A stretch of DNA of 64,000 nt, from contig JAFXXX010000019.1 in assembly GCA_017542065.1 (NCBI GenBank), forward strand, positions 59,705 to 123,704, in the 5' to 3' direction. The stretch comes from Bacilli bacterium. Lineage in GTDB: Bacteria > Bacillota_I > Bacilli_A > RF39 > UBA660. Each line of letters opens with the position of its first letter. Position 1 is the stretch's first letter. The position numbers were made by a program, and so were the translations under genes. Under the pieces are notes generated by a model that worked only from the letters and a program-made list of their open reading frames with translations, did no database searches and was not told where the DNA came from. Below are positions 1 through 11,050 of the stretch, one piece after another.

Positions 1-291
1 GCAGGTGTAACGCTTACTACTGCAATTATTTCATCTTTAACAGGCATTAAAGTATCTCATAAGATAGCTATGACAGGAGAAATAACTTTAAAGGGTAAAG
101 TACTTAAAATAGGTGGTCTAAAAGAAAAAGTTATTGGAGCTTATAACTCTGGAGTAGACACTATATTTATTCCTAAAACTAATGAAAATGATTTAGATGA
201 AATTCCAAATGAAATTAAAAAGAAAGTAAACTTCATATTAGTAGAAAATTACAAAGAAATATATGAAAATATATTCTTAGGTGGTAAGTAA
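1..291 (+). CDS. lon: Lon protease, C-terminal fragment (gene starts before the window)
   Basis: Frame is open from base 1: AGVTLTTAIISSLTG...AMTGEITLKGKVLKIGGLKEK, the Lon protease-domain motif. Confidence 0.93.
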   Translation, partial: AGVTLTTAIISSLTGIKVSHKIAMTGEITLKGKVLKIGGLKEKVIGAYNSGVDTIFIPKTNENDLDEIPNEIKKKVNFILVENYKEIYENIFLGGK

Positions 292-292
292 T

Positions 293-649
293 ATGGAATT
301 TATTGATAACTTAAAAGATCATATTGGCGAAAAAGTAATAGTATATTTTTACCATGGTGATTTATTATTTAAGGTTACACAAGAACTAAAGGTAATTGAT
401 GAATATACAAATATAACTGTAGGAAATCAAATATTACCATTTATAAATAAAGTTTCTGGAATAGGAACTGTAACTCTTCCAGATAACACAATAATATATA
501 AAAATCCTGAAATATATGAAGGCTATTCTTGTGCTAATGATGAAGAATTAGATGAGATAAAAAAGAAAATGTATGGTAACTGTTGGAGATTAAAATTACA
601 AGCTCATAATAAGGAAAAACATACAGTTAAACCAAAAAATGTTAATTAA
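293..649 (+). CDS. hypothetical protein (ORFan)
   Basis: ATG at 293 follows AGGTGGT at the lon stop; no recognisable motif; a terminator follows. Confidence 0.7.
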   Translation: MEFIDNLKDHIGEKVIVYFYHGDLLFKVTQELKVIDEYTNITVGNQILPFINKVSGIGTVTLPDNTIIYKNPEIYEGYSCANDEELDEIKKKMYGNCWRLKLQAHNKEKHTVKPKNVN

Positions 650-681
650 GATATTATTTAAAAATAATATCTTCTTTTTTT
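648..681 (+). terminator. rho-independent terminator
   Basis: AAGATATTATTT/AAATAATATCTT inverted repeat followed by a T-tract. Confidence 0.7.
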
Positions 682-722
682 ATTAAATTTTGATATAATT
701 ATACATGTAGGTGGTGATAAAG

Positions 723-2657
723 ATGTTTAATAAAATTATAAATAATATTAACTTAACTAGAGCATCTTTATGCCTTGAAAAAATAACAACTGGTAACTAC
801 AAACAAAAGGTAAAAGCCTACGATAAATTAAAGAAAATTCCTATATCTAAGGAAATAGGATTAAGAATAATAGAAAACTCTACTAAAGTATATAGTGAAG
901 AGTTTAAAGACATGAATATTAATTCAATGTTATTACTATTATTATTTAAGAATTTTGATAAAGAATATGCAGATGAATTAAATAATATATTTGATGATTT
1001 AGATGAACAAACTAAATTAGATTTATTATCTTATTTAGCTGAATCTGATAACATTGATGCAATACTTCTTTGGAAATATTTAGTAATATATAGATTTGAT
1101 ACTGAAAGTAATAAAATACCTATTGGTAAACTAGGAGAAAATAAAGAAAACTATGATTTATTATTCCCAGATCTATATAGTGTATTTAAAACAGATAATA
1201 AGAGATATTCTTTAATAATTCTTTTAAATAGTTTTATTAATCTTGGAGTAGTTCCAATAGATGACTTAAAAAAGAATAAAAAGAATTTAATTAAACATAT
1301 AATAATGCCACTAGAAGAATTATCTAAGTTTAAATTAAATGCTAATGATAATTATATGACTAATAAAGAATATTTAGGTTTAAGATATGTAGTAGAGTGT
1401 ACATTAAATATTGAATATTACTGTAATAGTACTAAAACAAAAGCATTACTTGAAAAATTATTTAAACATAAAGATAATCAATTAAAACTATTTGTTTTAG
1501 AATCATTTATTAAAAAGAAAAAGAAAATTAAGAGTTTAAATCTTGCTCCAATAGCTAAAGATTTAAGAAGCAGATATTTATTATATAATTTACTATCATT
1601 CTATGGTGAACAAAAACTAATGCCAAAGAAATATAGTAATGAAAAAGATATATATGAATCAGAATTATATAATATTTATTCAAATACTTATAACTATGAA
1701 AAAGAACCTGAAGCTATTAAATTCTACAAGAAAGTAGAAAGAGACGGTAAGAATTATTATTTATATAAATTTAAAGCAAAAAGAGATTATAATTCTATAG
1801 TTAAAGATTTTGCTACAGACTTTATATTAAAAAATAATCATTTAGATAAATATTTAGAAAACATTGAAGAAACATATATAGGTATTGGTGGAGGTAGAGA
1901 AGATGGAGATCTTCTTACATTTAATCCTGAAATAACTAAATACTTTGATGTTTATGATAAAAAGAAAACAGTTGAAGATTATTTAGATATATTCTTTAAG
2001 AAAGCAGAAGAAGTAGAACCTACAGTAGTAGAAGAACCTACTATTATGACTCCTGAAGGAGAAGCTAGAGAAGAAAGATTATCTAAACTTAGAAAAGTAT
2101 TTAATATGAATGTATTTTATATTTTTCAATCAGCAGTTATAGTTATATTATTTATTATATTAATTTTATATATTAATGATATTAATATATTTAGATTTAA
2201 TAAAGGTAAATATAAAGTAGATAATATAACTTATAAATCAACAGAATTTGCTAAATTAACTGACTTTAATGAAATAAATGGTCATGATATATATAATGGT
2301 CAAGATGAAGTATATTATGTATTAGTATTTAAAAAGAAAGATTCTTCAGAATACTACACATTTATTAAAACTTTAATAGAAAATAATTATAAAGTATTCT
2401 ATGTAGATTTGAATAATGAAGATAATATATTCTTAAAAGAACCAAATGAAACAGGTTTAACAATATCAAAAGATAGATTTATTAAAGTTAATAATCATGA
2501 TTTTGAATTCTATGTTGATGGTAAAGAATTTATTTTAAAAGAATTAAGATCTGAAACTAATGAAGTTATTAAACAAAATACTTTAAGAAAAATAGAAGAA
2601 GAAAACAAGAAAATAGAAGAAAATGAGCAAAATGTTGAAAATACATCAAATGAGTAG
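723..2657 (+). CDS. membrane-anchored hypothetical protein (helical N-terminal part, one TM segment, C-terminal thioredoxin-like domain without CxxC)
   Basis: About 645 aa; hydrophobic segment VFYIFQSAVIVILFIILILYI; C-terminal YYVLVFK...KVFYVDL pattern. ATG at 723 follows a GGTGGTGA SD. Confidence 0.6.
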   Translation: MFNKIINNINLTRASLCLEKITTGNYKQKVKAYDKLKKIPISKEIGLRIIENSTKVYSEEFKDMNINSMLLLLLFKNFDKEYADELNNIFDDLDEQTKLDLLSYLAESDNIDAILLWKYLVIYRFDTESNKIPIGKLGENKENYDLLFPDLYSVFKTDNKRYSLIILLNSFINLGVVPIDDLKKNKKNLIKHIIMPLEELSKFKLNANDNYMTNKEYLGLRYVVECTLNIEYYCNSTKTKALLEKLFKHKDNQLKLFVLESFIKKKKKIKSLNLAPIAKDLRSRYLLYNLLSFYGEQKLMPKKYSNEKDIYESELYNIYSNTYNYEKEPEAIKFYKKVERDGKNYYLYKFKAKRDYNSIVKDFATDFILKNNHLDKYLENIEETYIGIGGGREDGDLLTFNPEITKYFDVYDKKKTVEDYLDIFFKKAEEVEPTVVEEPTIMTPEGEAREERLSKLRKVFNMNVFYIFQSAVIVILFIILILYINDINIFRFNKGKYKVDNITYKSTEFAKLTDFNEINGHDIYNGQDEVYYVLVFKKKDSSEYYTFIKTLIENNYKVFYVDLNNEDNIFLKEPNETGLTISKDRFIKVNNHDFEFYVDGKEFILKELRSETNEVIKQNTLRKIEEENKKIEENEQNVENTSNE

Positions 2658-2663
2658 TATAAT
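2635..2663 (+). promoter_or_regulatory. sigma-A promoter of the T-box/valS unit
   Basis: TTGAAA (2635-2640), 17-bp spacer, TATAAT (2658-2663). Confidence 0.8.
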
Positions 2664-2671
2664 ACACTTAA

Positions 2672-2900
2672 TGAAGCGATGAATAAGAGGAGTATATTAC
2701 TTAGTAATTATTAGAGATGAAAAGTCACTGGCTGAAAGCTTTTCTTAATAAAAGGTAATTGAAGGTAGCTTAGGAGCTTATTAATTGAACTAATAGTAAA
2801 TTAATACGTTAACTTACGTTACAGTTTTAAGGTAATAGAAATATTACGAATTAAGGTGGTACCACGACTAGATTGTCCTTTTAGATGACTAGTCTTTTTT
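2672..2900 (+). promoter_or_regulatory. T-box riboswitch, Val specifier
   Basis: Stem I with GA motif, AGAGA and GGCTGAA boxes; specifier loop GAAG-GTA-GC (GUA = Val, 2765-2767); T-box AATTAAGGTGGTACCACG (2849-2866); terminator GACTAG...CTAGTC plus T-run. Confidence 0.93.
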
Positions 2901-2917
2901 GTTTTAAGGAGGTAATT

Positions 2918-3829
2918 ATGGGTGTTGAAGATATTATTAAAAAGCATAATTATACTAAAGATATTTCAGTATTTCTAGAAAAAACATACCCTGAATTAGT
3001 AGCAAATATAGGTAATGAACAATTAATATATAATGCATTAATGGATTGTAAAATAGTTCTAACTGATAATTTATATACTTGCTTAAAAGGATATGGTTTT
3101 TTAGGAAATACAAAAGATGAAGGTTTAGTTTCTTTTGAAACACTAAAAATATGTTCAGGTGTATATCATTCAGAACCAGAAATTAAATATGAAAAAGGGC
3201 TAAATCAATATACATTAGAAGGTGTTAATAGAATAGTAGCAATTAATGCATCATCTTTAAATTTAGAGATTTATAAAGCTGCTTTAATTCATGAACTAGG
3301 GCATTTAATTAAATCATATAATAATGAATGGACTATAAAAGGTGATACAATCATTGAAAGATCTGGATTAATTACTAGAATATATCAATTACATGAAAAA
3401 AATGGAGTAGTAACTAAATCTCTATGGAGTGAAACAGGTGTTGGTTTAGAAGAAGGATTTAATGCTGTTTTAGAAGATGAAGTAACATCTAAAGTAATTG
3501 GTAAACCATATTTCTCAAACGGATATAAAGCATTAAAAGAAATAGCTAGATTAGTAATAAATTTAGTACCTGGGATACACGAAGTAATAAAAGAAGCACA
3601 AATTTATCATGATAATACAAGACTAGATAGTAAACTTGGTCAAACATTTTATGACTTACAAGAAATAACTGATACTATATATCCTATGATAGTTAAAATG
3701 TCAGATATGAATACACCTAAATATGAAAGGCATAAAATTTCTGAAAATGTTATTAAAATATTAAATGATAGATTTAAAGTAATAATTGATGAATTAAAAT
3801 CTGTAGGGCAAAGTTCTATAGAATATTAG
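2918..3829 (+). CDS. HExxH zincin-like metallopeptidase (putative), no signal peptide
   Basis: ALIHELGH motif with a downstream GLEEGFN (candidate third Zn ligand); AAGGAGG SD before ATG at 2918. Confidence 0.6.
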   Translation: MGVEDIIKKHNYTKDISVFLEKTYPELVANIGNEQLIYNALMDCKIVLTDNLYTCLKGYGFLGNTKDEGLVSFETLKICSGVYHSEPEIKYEKGLNQYTLEGVNRIVAINASSLNLEIYKAALIHELGHLIKSYNNEWTIKGDTIIERSGLITRIYQLHEKNGVVTKSLWSETGVGLEEGFNAVLEDEVTSKVIGKPYFSNGYKALKEIARLVINLVPGIHEVIKEAQIYHDNTRLDSKLGQTFYDLQEITDTIYPMIVKMSDMNTPKYERHKISENVIKILNDRFKVIIDELKSVGQSSIEY

Positions 3830-3844
3830 AAAGGAAGAATAAAA

Positions 3845-6376
3845 ATGTTAGATACAAAATATAATCATATTGAAATAGAAAAAGATAAATATAATAATTG
3901 GAAAGATAAAGGTTATTTTAAAGCTGATAGTGATTCAACAAAACCAGCTTATTGTATAGTTATACCTCCACCAAATGTTACAGGTAAATTACATATTGGA
4001 CATGCTTATGATACTGCTATTCAAGATGCAATCATAAGATATAAAAGAATGAAAGGTTTTGATGCATTATGGCTACCTGGAATGGACCATGCAGCTATTG
4101 CAACAGAAGCTAAAGTAGTTAAAAAACTAAAAGACATGGGTATTGATAAATATGAGTTTGGAAGAGAAAACTTTCTTGAAGCTTGTTGGGATTGGACTCA
4201 TGAATATAGTGATAACATTAGAAGCCAATGGGCAGGTTTAGGTTTATCAGTAGACTACTCTAGAGAAAGATTTACTTTAGATGAAGATTTAAACTATGCA
4301 GTTAGAAAAGTATTCGTAGATTATTATAACGAAGGATTAATCTATAAAGGTGAAAAGATAATTAACTGGGATCCTGCTGCTAAAACAGCATTATCTAACG
4401 AAGAAGTTGAATACTCAGAAGAAAAGAGTGCTTTCTATCATTTAAAATATCAATTAGAAGGTTCTGATAAATACTTAGATGTAGCTACAACAAGACCAGA
4501 AACATTATTTGGTGATACTGCTGTTGCAGTTAATGAAAAAGATGAAAGATATAAAGACTTTGTTGGCAAGAATGTTATTCTTCCAATTATGAATAAACCA
4601 ATACCAGTTATTACAGATGAACATGCTGATATGGAAAAAGGAACAGGTTGTGTTAAAATTACTCCTGCTCATGATCCTAACGACTTTGAAGTAGGTAATA
4701 GACATAACTTAGAAAGAATAATCATCATGAATGATGATGCTACTATGAATGAAAACGTTCCAGAAAAATATCAAGGAATGACTAGAGAAGAGTGCCGTGA
4801 CGCAGTTCTTGAAGATTTAAAAGAACAAGGATTACTTTTAGAAGTTGAACCACTTGTTCACGAAGTAGGTCATTCACAAAGAACTGGTGTAATGGTTGAA
4901 CCAATGGTAAAAGAACAATGGTTTGTTAAAATGGGACCACTTGCAGAAAAAGTTCTTAGATTCCAAGACGATAAAGATAAGAAAATAAACTTTGTACCAA
5001 AAAGATTTGAAAAGATACTTCGTCACTGGATGAATATATCTTATGACTGGTGTATATCTAGACAACTTTGGTGGGGTCATAGAATTCCAGCTTGGTATAA
5101 AGATGATCAAATTTATGTTGGAATGGAAGCTCCAGAAGGTGAAGGATGGGTACAAGATGAAGATGTACTAGATACTTGGTTCTCATCAGCTTTATGGCCA
5201 TTCTCAACACTAGGTTGGCCAAATCAAACTAAAGATTTAGAAAGATATTTCCCAACTGATTGTTTAGTAACAGGTTATGATATTATATTCTTCTGGGTAG
5301 CAAGAATGGCTTTCCAATCAGAATATTTAACAGATAATAGACCATTTAAAGATTGTGTTATTCATGGCCTAATTAGAGATAAAAACGGTGTTAAAATGAG
5401 TAAATCTCTAGGTAACACAATAGATCCATTTGAAATGATAGAAAAATATGGAGCAGATTCACTAAGATTCTATTTAACTACTGGTGGTGCTATGGGATTA
5501 GATCTTAACTTTGATGAAGTTAAATTAACATCTACATGGAACTTTATAAATAAAGTATGGAATGCATCTAGATTCGTTTTAATGAATATAGAAGATTTAA
5601 CATCAATAGAATTAAAAGATTTATCTAATGAAGATAAATGGATATTAACTAAGTATGAAAATACTATTAAAAATGTAACTAAATACATGGATAAATATGA
5701 CTTTAATTTAGCAGGTAATGAAATATATGATTTCACATGGAATTATTTCTGTGATTATTATATTGAAATGGCTAAATATTCATTAGATAAAGAATCTACT
5801 AAATCAACTTTATGTTATGTACTTCTTGGTATCATGAAAATGCTTCATCCATTTATGCCATTTGTAACTGAAGAAATCTATCAAATCTGTCCAGTTAAAG
5901 ATGCTGAAAGTATTATGATATCTACATATCCAGAATATGATAAAGCATTAGTATTTACTAAAGAAGAAAAGATAGTAGATGATCAAATAGATTTTATGAA
6001 GAAATTTAGAAATATTAAAGCAGAAAATAATATGACTAAAGACTTAAAAGTATTATTTGAAGACTCAGAATATAATGATTTAGTTATTAAAGTTCTAAGA
6101 TTAACTGATAACCTAGTAAACTCAGACTTAGATATTAAATCATATCCAGTTTCATCTAATAATATTAAAGCTACTATATATTTTGAGAAAGAAGAAACTA
6201 AAGAAGATATAGAAAACAAACAAAAGCAAATTGAAGAATTAAAGGCATCTATTGCTAGAAGAGAAAAACTATTATCTAATGAAAACTATGTTTCTAAAGC
6301 TCCTAGTAATATAGTAGAAATGGATAGGGTAAAATTAGAAGAAGAAAAAAACAAACTAGAAGAATTACTAAAATAA
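3845..6376 (+). CDS. valS: valine--tRNA ligase
   Basis: PPPNVTGKLHIGH (HIGH), WCISRQLWWGH, KMSKS and a C-terminal coiled coil; Val T-box upstream. Confidence 0.98.
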   Translation: MLDTKYNHIEIEKDKYNNWKDKGYFKADSDSTKPAYCIVIPPPNVTGKLHIGHAYDTAIQDAIIRYKRMKGFDALWLPGMDHAAIATEAKVVKKLKDMGIDKYEFGRENFLEACWDWTHEYSDNIRSQWAGLGLSVDYSRERFTLDEDLNYAVRKVFVDYYNEGLIYKGEKIINWDPAAKTALSNEEVEYSEEKSAFYHLKYQLEGSDKYLDVATTRPETLFGDTAVAVNEKDERYKDFVGKNVILPIMNKPIPVITDEHADMEKGTGCVKITPAHDPNDFEVGNRHNLERIIIMNDDATMNENVPEKYQGMTREECRDAVLEDLKEQGLLLEVEPLVHEVGHSQRTGVMVEPMVKEQWFVKMGPLAEKVLRFQDDKDKKINFVPKRFEKILRHWMNISYDWCISRQLWWGHRIPAWYKDDQIYVGMEAPEGEGWVQDEDVLDTWFSSALWPFSTLGWPNQTKDLERYFPTDCLVTGYDIIFFWVARMAFQSEYLTDNRPFKDCVIHGLIRDKNGVKMSKSLGNTIDPFEMIEKYGADSLRFYLTTGGAMGLDLNFDEVKLTSTWNFINKVWNASRFVLMNIEDLTSIELKDLSNEDKWILTKYENTIKNVTKYMDKYDFNLAGNEIYDFTWNYFCDYYIEMAKYSLDKESTKSTLCYVLLGIMKMLHPFMPFVTEEIYQICPVKDAESIMISTYPEYDKALVFTKEEKIVDDQIDFMKKFRNIKAENNMTKDLKVLFEDSEYNDLVIKVLRLTDNLVNSDLDIKSYPVSSNNIKATIYFEKEETKEDIENKQKQIEELKASIARREKLLSNENYVSKAPSNIVEMDRVKLEEEKNKLEELLK

Positions 6377-6432
6377 TCTTCTAGTTTTTTCTTTTAAATT
6401 ATGTTATAATTTTTTTAGAAAGTAGGGATAAT

Positions 6433-8793
6433 ATGAAATTTTGTACTAACTGTGGTAACAAACTTAGTCCAAGTAATAAGTTTTGTACTAACTGCGGAAA
6501 AGAAATCAAAAAAGATACTCCTAAGAAGGTAGTTAAAGAAGTTAAAGAACCAAAAGAATTTAACGTAAATAATCTTATTCTTTATGTAGGTGTATCTTTA
6601 GTTATTTTAGCAACATTAATATTTGCTATTTGTACTTGGGAAAATATGAGTGGATTATTTAAGATTTCATTCTTAACATTTGAAACTTTATTATTCTTTA
6701 TTATTTCATTTACATTTGCAAAAATAAAGAATAACGGATTATCAAAAGCATTTTATTTACTTGCTGTTATGATGATTCCAATAATTCTATATACAATTCC
6801 AGTATATAGTTTACTTGGAGATTATCTATCATATAAAGGAGCAGGTATATTCGTATATCTAGCAATATCAAATTTACTTTGTGCTGGAATATATTTCATG
6901 TCATATATGCTTCTTAGAACTAAAGCATTTACATTTATATCATATACATTCGTATATGGAACTTTAGTATCTATATTCTTAGCATTTGAAAAGAGTATAT
7001 CATTCTTATTAATATCTAGTTTAGTATTTGTATTACTTGTTATAATACTTAACTTTATTTTAAGAAAAGATTCATTCTTTAAAAGATCACTTACAATGTT
7101 TACAAGTATTTTATTTTCATTACTTAGTATATTTATGGTAGGTGCTTTATATGTAGAATTTAATAATAGTATTATTAAGAGTTTTGATACTATTAACTTA
7201 AATCTAATACTAATTACAGTATTATTTATAGCAAATACATTCGTATTTATTTATCAAAATAGAAAATCTATTTACACATATGTATCTCCATTTGTAGTAC
7301 TTCCAAATATGTTAGTTATACTTGGTTGTATGATTGAAGACGCTAGACTTGGTATTTGTTTATTTGCAGGTATTTCACTTGTTATATATATTGCATTCTT
7401 ATTATTTAAGAATAAATATTTAAATATTACATCAAAGATTATAACTTATGTAGCATTATATCTATTTACTTTAGGTATTCTATTTACAATGGATTATGAT
7501 TCAGATATGTATTTAGCTTTAGCTATAGTAGGAGCTATTACACTTGGATTTAATATTATTAATAGATATCTAGAAAAATTTAAATGGGTATCAGATTCAC
7601 TTATTCCACTTGCATGTATATTCATTGTATATGGACTAATTAGAACATTTATAGATTTCCCTAATGTATTTATAGTATTATTACTTGCATCTATTTATTT
7701 AGTTACTTATATGTTCTTAAAAGCATTTAATAAACCTATAAATAAAATATATTATTTATATGCATTAGCATCTATGATAGTAGCTATGTTTATGTGTACA
7801 TATTCGACTGGAGCTATATATATAATATTCTTAAATGTATTACTATTAATATTATTTATATTTGTTTCATTCATGGAAAAAATAAGTGCTGTAAATATTA
7901 TTACATTTATAGTTCTTGCAATATCTTTATTAAAGATCAGATTATTATTTGATATAGATGAAAGAATAATATTTGCATCAATATCATTAATATCTATAGT
8001 AGTAGGTATAATTCTTAGAAATACAAATAAAGTATTAAGTAAGTTCTACTTATATTCAGGACAAATATTATCATTAATACTTTCATTAACTATTTCATCA
8101 TATACTCAATATATAGTAACAGCTTTAATTGGAGTATTATTTGTTATTAACTTTATATCAATTTGTTTATTTAATAACTCTAAACCATTTAGAATTATTG
8201 CAGAAATGGTTGGATTAATACTAATATTCTTAATTATTAATTCTGTTATTGAAATAACATTATTTAGTACAATAATTACATTATTTGTATATATGACAGT
8301 TCTAGTAATATTTGGTTTAACTGGTAAAGAAAAAGCCGGAACTAATATAATTCTATCAACTGTATGTTTAATACCATATTATGATTATGTATTTAATAGT
8401 GGTAATACTTTTGGAATAACTAATCAATTAGTTATACTTCCATTTATAGTATATCTATTTGTATTAGCATTCTACTTCAAGATGAATGATAAGACTAGAT
8501 TCCATGTTATATTATGGCCACTTCTAGTATTATCTACAATAGCTATTAATACTACAACAGTAGGTGTTATATTTGCATTAACACTTGCTCTTGGATATAT
8601 CTTTATAGGTATTATTAAGAAATATAGATATTTAGTTACATATGGTATTATCTATATGTTTGTAACATTAGTAATAGAACTAATGAAACTATTTAATAAC
8701 TTGGCTTTATTAATTGCAGTTTTAGCAATAGGATTAATCTTAATACTATATGTAGTTATTAATGAAGTTTATAAGAGTAAAAAGAATAAGTAA
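6433..8793 (+). CDS. zinc-ribbon polytopic membrane protein (DUF2157-like)
   Basis: N-terminal FCTNCG...FCTNCG double zinc knuckle followed by about 20 hydrophobic segments. Confidence 0.7.
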   Translation: MKFCTNCGNKLSPSNKFCTNCGKEIKKDTPKKVVKEVKEPKEFNVNNLILYVGVSLVILATLIFAICTWENMSGLFKISFLTFETLLFFIISFTFAKIKNNGLSKAFYLLAVMMIPIILYTIPVYSLLGDYLSYKGAGIFVYLAISNLLCAGIYFMSYMLLRTKAFTFISYTFVYGTLVSIFLAFEKSISFLLISSLVFVLLVIILNFILRKDSFFKRSLTMFTSILFSLLSIFMVGALYVEFNNSIIKSFDTINLNLILITVLFIANTFVFIYQNRKSIYTYVSPFVVLPNMLVILGCMIEDARLGICLFAGISLVIYIAFLLFKNKYLNITSKIITYVALYLFTLGILFTMDYDSDMYLALAIVGAITLGFNIINRYLEKFKWVSDSLIPLACIFIVYGLIRTFIDFPNVFIVLLLASIYLVTYMFLKAFNKPINKIYYLYALASMIVAMFMCTYSTGAIYIIFLNVLLLILFIFVSFMEKISAVNIITFIVLAISLLKIRLLFDIDERIIFASISLISIVVGIILRNTNKVLSKFYLYSGQILSLILSLTISSYTQYIVTALIGVLFVINFISICLFNNSKPFRIIAEMVGLILIFLIINSVIEITLFSTIITLFVYMTVLVIFGLTGKEKAGTNIILSTVCLIPYYDYVFNSGNTFGITNQLVILPFIVYLFVLAFYFKMNDKTRFHVILWPLLVLSTIAINTTTVGVIFALTLALGYIFIGIIKKYRYLVTYGIIYMFVTLVIELMKLFNNLALLIAVLAIGLILILYVVINEVYKSKKNK

Positions 8794-8860
8794 TGCTTAT
8801 TCTTTTTTATTGTAATAAATACATATATTTGATATAATTTTTATGTGGAAGTGATTTTAT

Positions 8861-10567
8861 ATGAAATTAAAAAATAGTTATTTTTATACTATTAGAGAAA
8901 ACATAAAAGATGAAGATAGTGTATCTGGTAACTTACTTGTTAGAGCTGGTATGCTTAAGAAAACTTCATCTGGTATATATATGTTTATGCCACTTGGATA
9001 TAAAGTATTAGAAAATATACAAAAGATAATTAAAGAAGAAATGGATAATGCTGGTGCATCAGAACTTCTTATGCCTGCATTAATACCTGCTGATGTATAT
9101 GCTAGTTCTAATAGATTAGATGCATTTGGTAAAGATATGTTTAGATTAAACGATAGATTTAATAAAAATTATTGTTTAGGTCCTACACATGAAGAATTAT
9201 TTACTATAGCAGCTAAATGCAAAGTAAATTCATATTCTGATTTACCATTTACTCTATACCAAATACAAACTAAATTTAGAGATGAACCAAGACCAAGATA
9301 TGGACTTATAAGAGTTAGAGAATTCTTAATGAAAGATGCATATTCATTTGATAAAGATGAAGAATCATTAGATAAGAGTTATACAGCTATGTTTAATGCT
9401 TATAAGAAAATATTTGGTAGATTAGGTATAGACTATAAAATAGTTAGATCTGATGTTGGTGCTATGGGTGGTTCTTTATCAGAAGAATTCCAAGCTATTA
9501 CAGATATTGGAGAAGATACTTTAGTACTTTGTGATAGATGTGATTTTGCATCTAACATGGATGTATGTGAATGTGTACATGTAGAAGATAAATCAAGCGA
9601 AACTCCTTTAGAAAAAGATTTAGTTCTTACAAAAGACGCATATACTAGAGAAAAATTAATAGAATGCTTACCAGAAGCTAAAACTAAAGAAGTTAAAACA
9701 TTAATATATAAAACAGCTGAAGATAAATATTATGCAGTTATGCTTAAAGAAGAATCAGTTGTTAATGAAAGTAAACTTTGTAAATTACTTAATACTACTT
9801 CAGTAGAACTTGCTGAAAAAGAAGTAGTAGAAAAGAACTTAGGAACATATATTGGATTTGTTGGACCAATTAATTTAAGTATTCCAGTAGTTATGGATAA
9901 TGAAGTATCCAATATGGTTAACTTTGTAGTAGGTGCTAATAAGAAAGACTATCACTATAAGAATGTTAATTTAAGTGATTTTGAAGTAGCTATTACAGGA
10001 GATATTAGAAATGTTAAAGAATCAGATGTATGTCCTAATTGTGAAGGCAAATTAACATTTAAAAAAGGTATTGAAATAGGTAATACATTTAAACTTGGAA
10101 CTAAATACTCTAAAGCATTAGATTTACTATATCAAGATAAAGATAATAGTTTAAAACCTGTTGTTATGGGATGTTATGGTATTGGTGTTGGAAGATGTTT
10201 AGCATCAATAGTAGAACAAAGATCTGATGAAAAAGGTATTATATGGCCTATGAATATAGCACCATATAAAGTAGCTATAGTAGTTATTGATACATTAAAT
10301 GTAGATCAAATGGATGCTGCTAATCATTTATATCAAGAATTAACAGATTTAGGTATAGAAACTATCTTAGATGATAGAGATGTTAGACCTGGTGTTAAAT
10401 TTAATGATATGGATTTAATTGGTATTCCAATTAGAATTACTATAGGTAAGAAAATAGTAGATCATATAGTAGAAATGAAAAGAAGAAATTCTGATGAAGT
10501 TAAAGAAGTTTCTATATTTGATGTAGTATATAATATGCAAGATATAATAGAAGAAGAAAATATATAG
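8861..10567 (+). CDS. proS: proline--tRNA ligase (bacterial type with editing insertion)
   Basis: LGPTHEE, FRDEPRPRYGLIRVREFLMKDAYSF, GIEIGNTFKLG and MGCYGIGVGR motifs. Confidence 0.97.
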   Translation: MKLKNSYFYTIRENIKDEDSVSGNLLVRAGMLKKTSSGIYMFMPLGYKVLENIQKIIKEEMDNAGASELLMPALIPADVYASSNRLDAFGKDMFRLNDRFNKNYCLGPTHEELFTIAAKCKVNSYSDLPFTLYQIQTKFRDEPRPRYGLIRVREFLMKDAYSFDKDEESLDKSYTAMFNAYKKIFGRLGIDYKIVRSDVGAMGGSLSEEFQAITDIGEDTLVLCDRCDFASNMDVCECVHVEDKSSETPLEKDLVLTKDAYTREKLIECLPEAKTKEVKTLIYKTAEDKYYAVMLKEESVVNESKLCKLLNTTSVELAEKEVVEKNLGTYIGFVGPINLSIPVVMDNEVSNMVNFVVGANKKDYHYKNVNLSDFEVAITGDIRNVKESDVCPNCEGKLTFKKGIEIGNTFKLGTKYSKALDLLYQDKDNSLKPVVMGCYGIGVGRCLASIVEQRSDEKGIIWPMNIAPYKVAIVVIDTLNVDQMDAANHLYQELTDLGIETILDDRDVRPGVKFNDMDLIGIPIRITIGKKIVDHIVEMKRRNSDEVKEVSIFDVVYNMQDIIEEENI

Positions 10568-10588
10568 TTTTCTTCCTGGAGGTTTGGA

Positions 10589-11038
10589 ATGGATGAAATG
10601 TATGTAGAAGTAGTAGATAAAGAATATGATTTCTTATGTTTATTATTATCAGTTAGACGCCTTAATAATGATAAAGTAATAGTTAATTTTACTAAATTAG
10701 CTAAAGATTTATTTACATATTCACAAAATAAAGAATATAAACCATTATTTAAAGATATAACTGATTGTATTAATGAAGATAAAGAATATATAGAAATAAG
10801 AAAGTCTATAGAAAAAGCTAATAAAAATGGCTTTATTGAACTTACACCTGATGGAACTGATGATACTATAGGTATTAATATGGTTCTAGATGATGAAGCT
10901 GAATTATTAGTAAGAGATGCCGGAGAAGAAAAATTCAATTTAATGAATAAAATTGTTCAAGAATTAAAAGCTAAAAATGATACTAAAAAACCATACACTA
11001 TGCATCCAATTAAACATAATGAAGAAAGTAATAAATAA
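10589..11038 (+). CDS. hypothetical protein (ORFan)
   Basis: 149-aa ORF with a GGAGG SD; no motif recognised. Confidence 0.65.
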   Translation: MDEMYVEVVDKEYDFLCLLLSVRRLNNDKVIVNFTKLAKDLFTYSQNKEYKPLFKDITDCINEDKEYIEIRKSIEKANKNGFIELTPDGTDDTIGINMVLDDEAELLVRDAGEEKFNLMNKIVQELKAKNDTKKPYTMHPIKHNEESNK

Positions 11039-11050
11039 GGAGGTATTATT

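Noticed and set aside
6436-6500. Direct repeat TTTTGTACTAACTG
   Set aside because: It simply encodes the two FCTNCG zinc knuckles.
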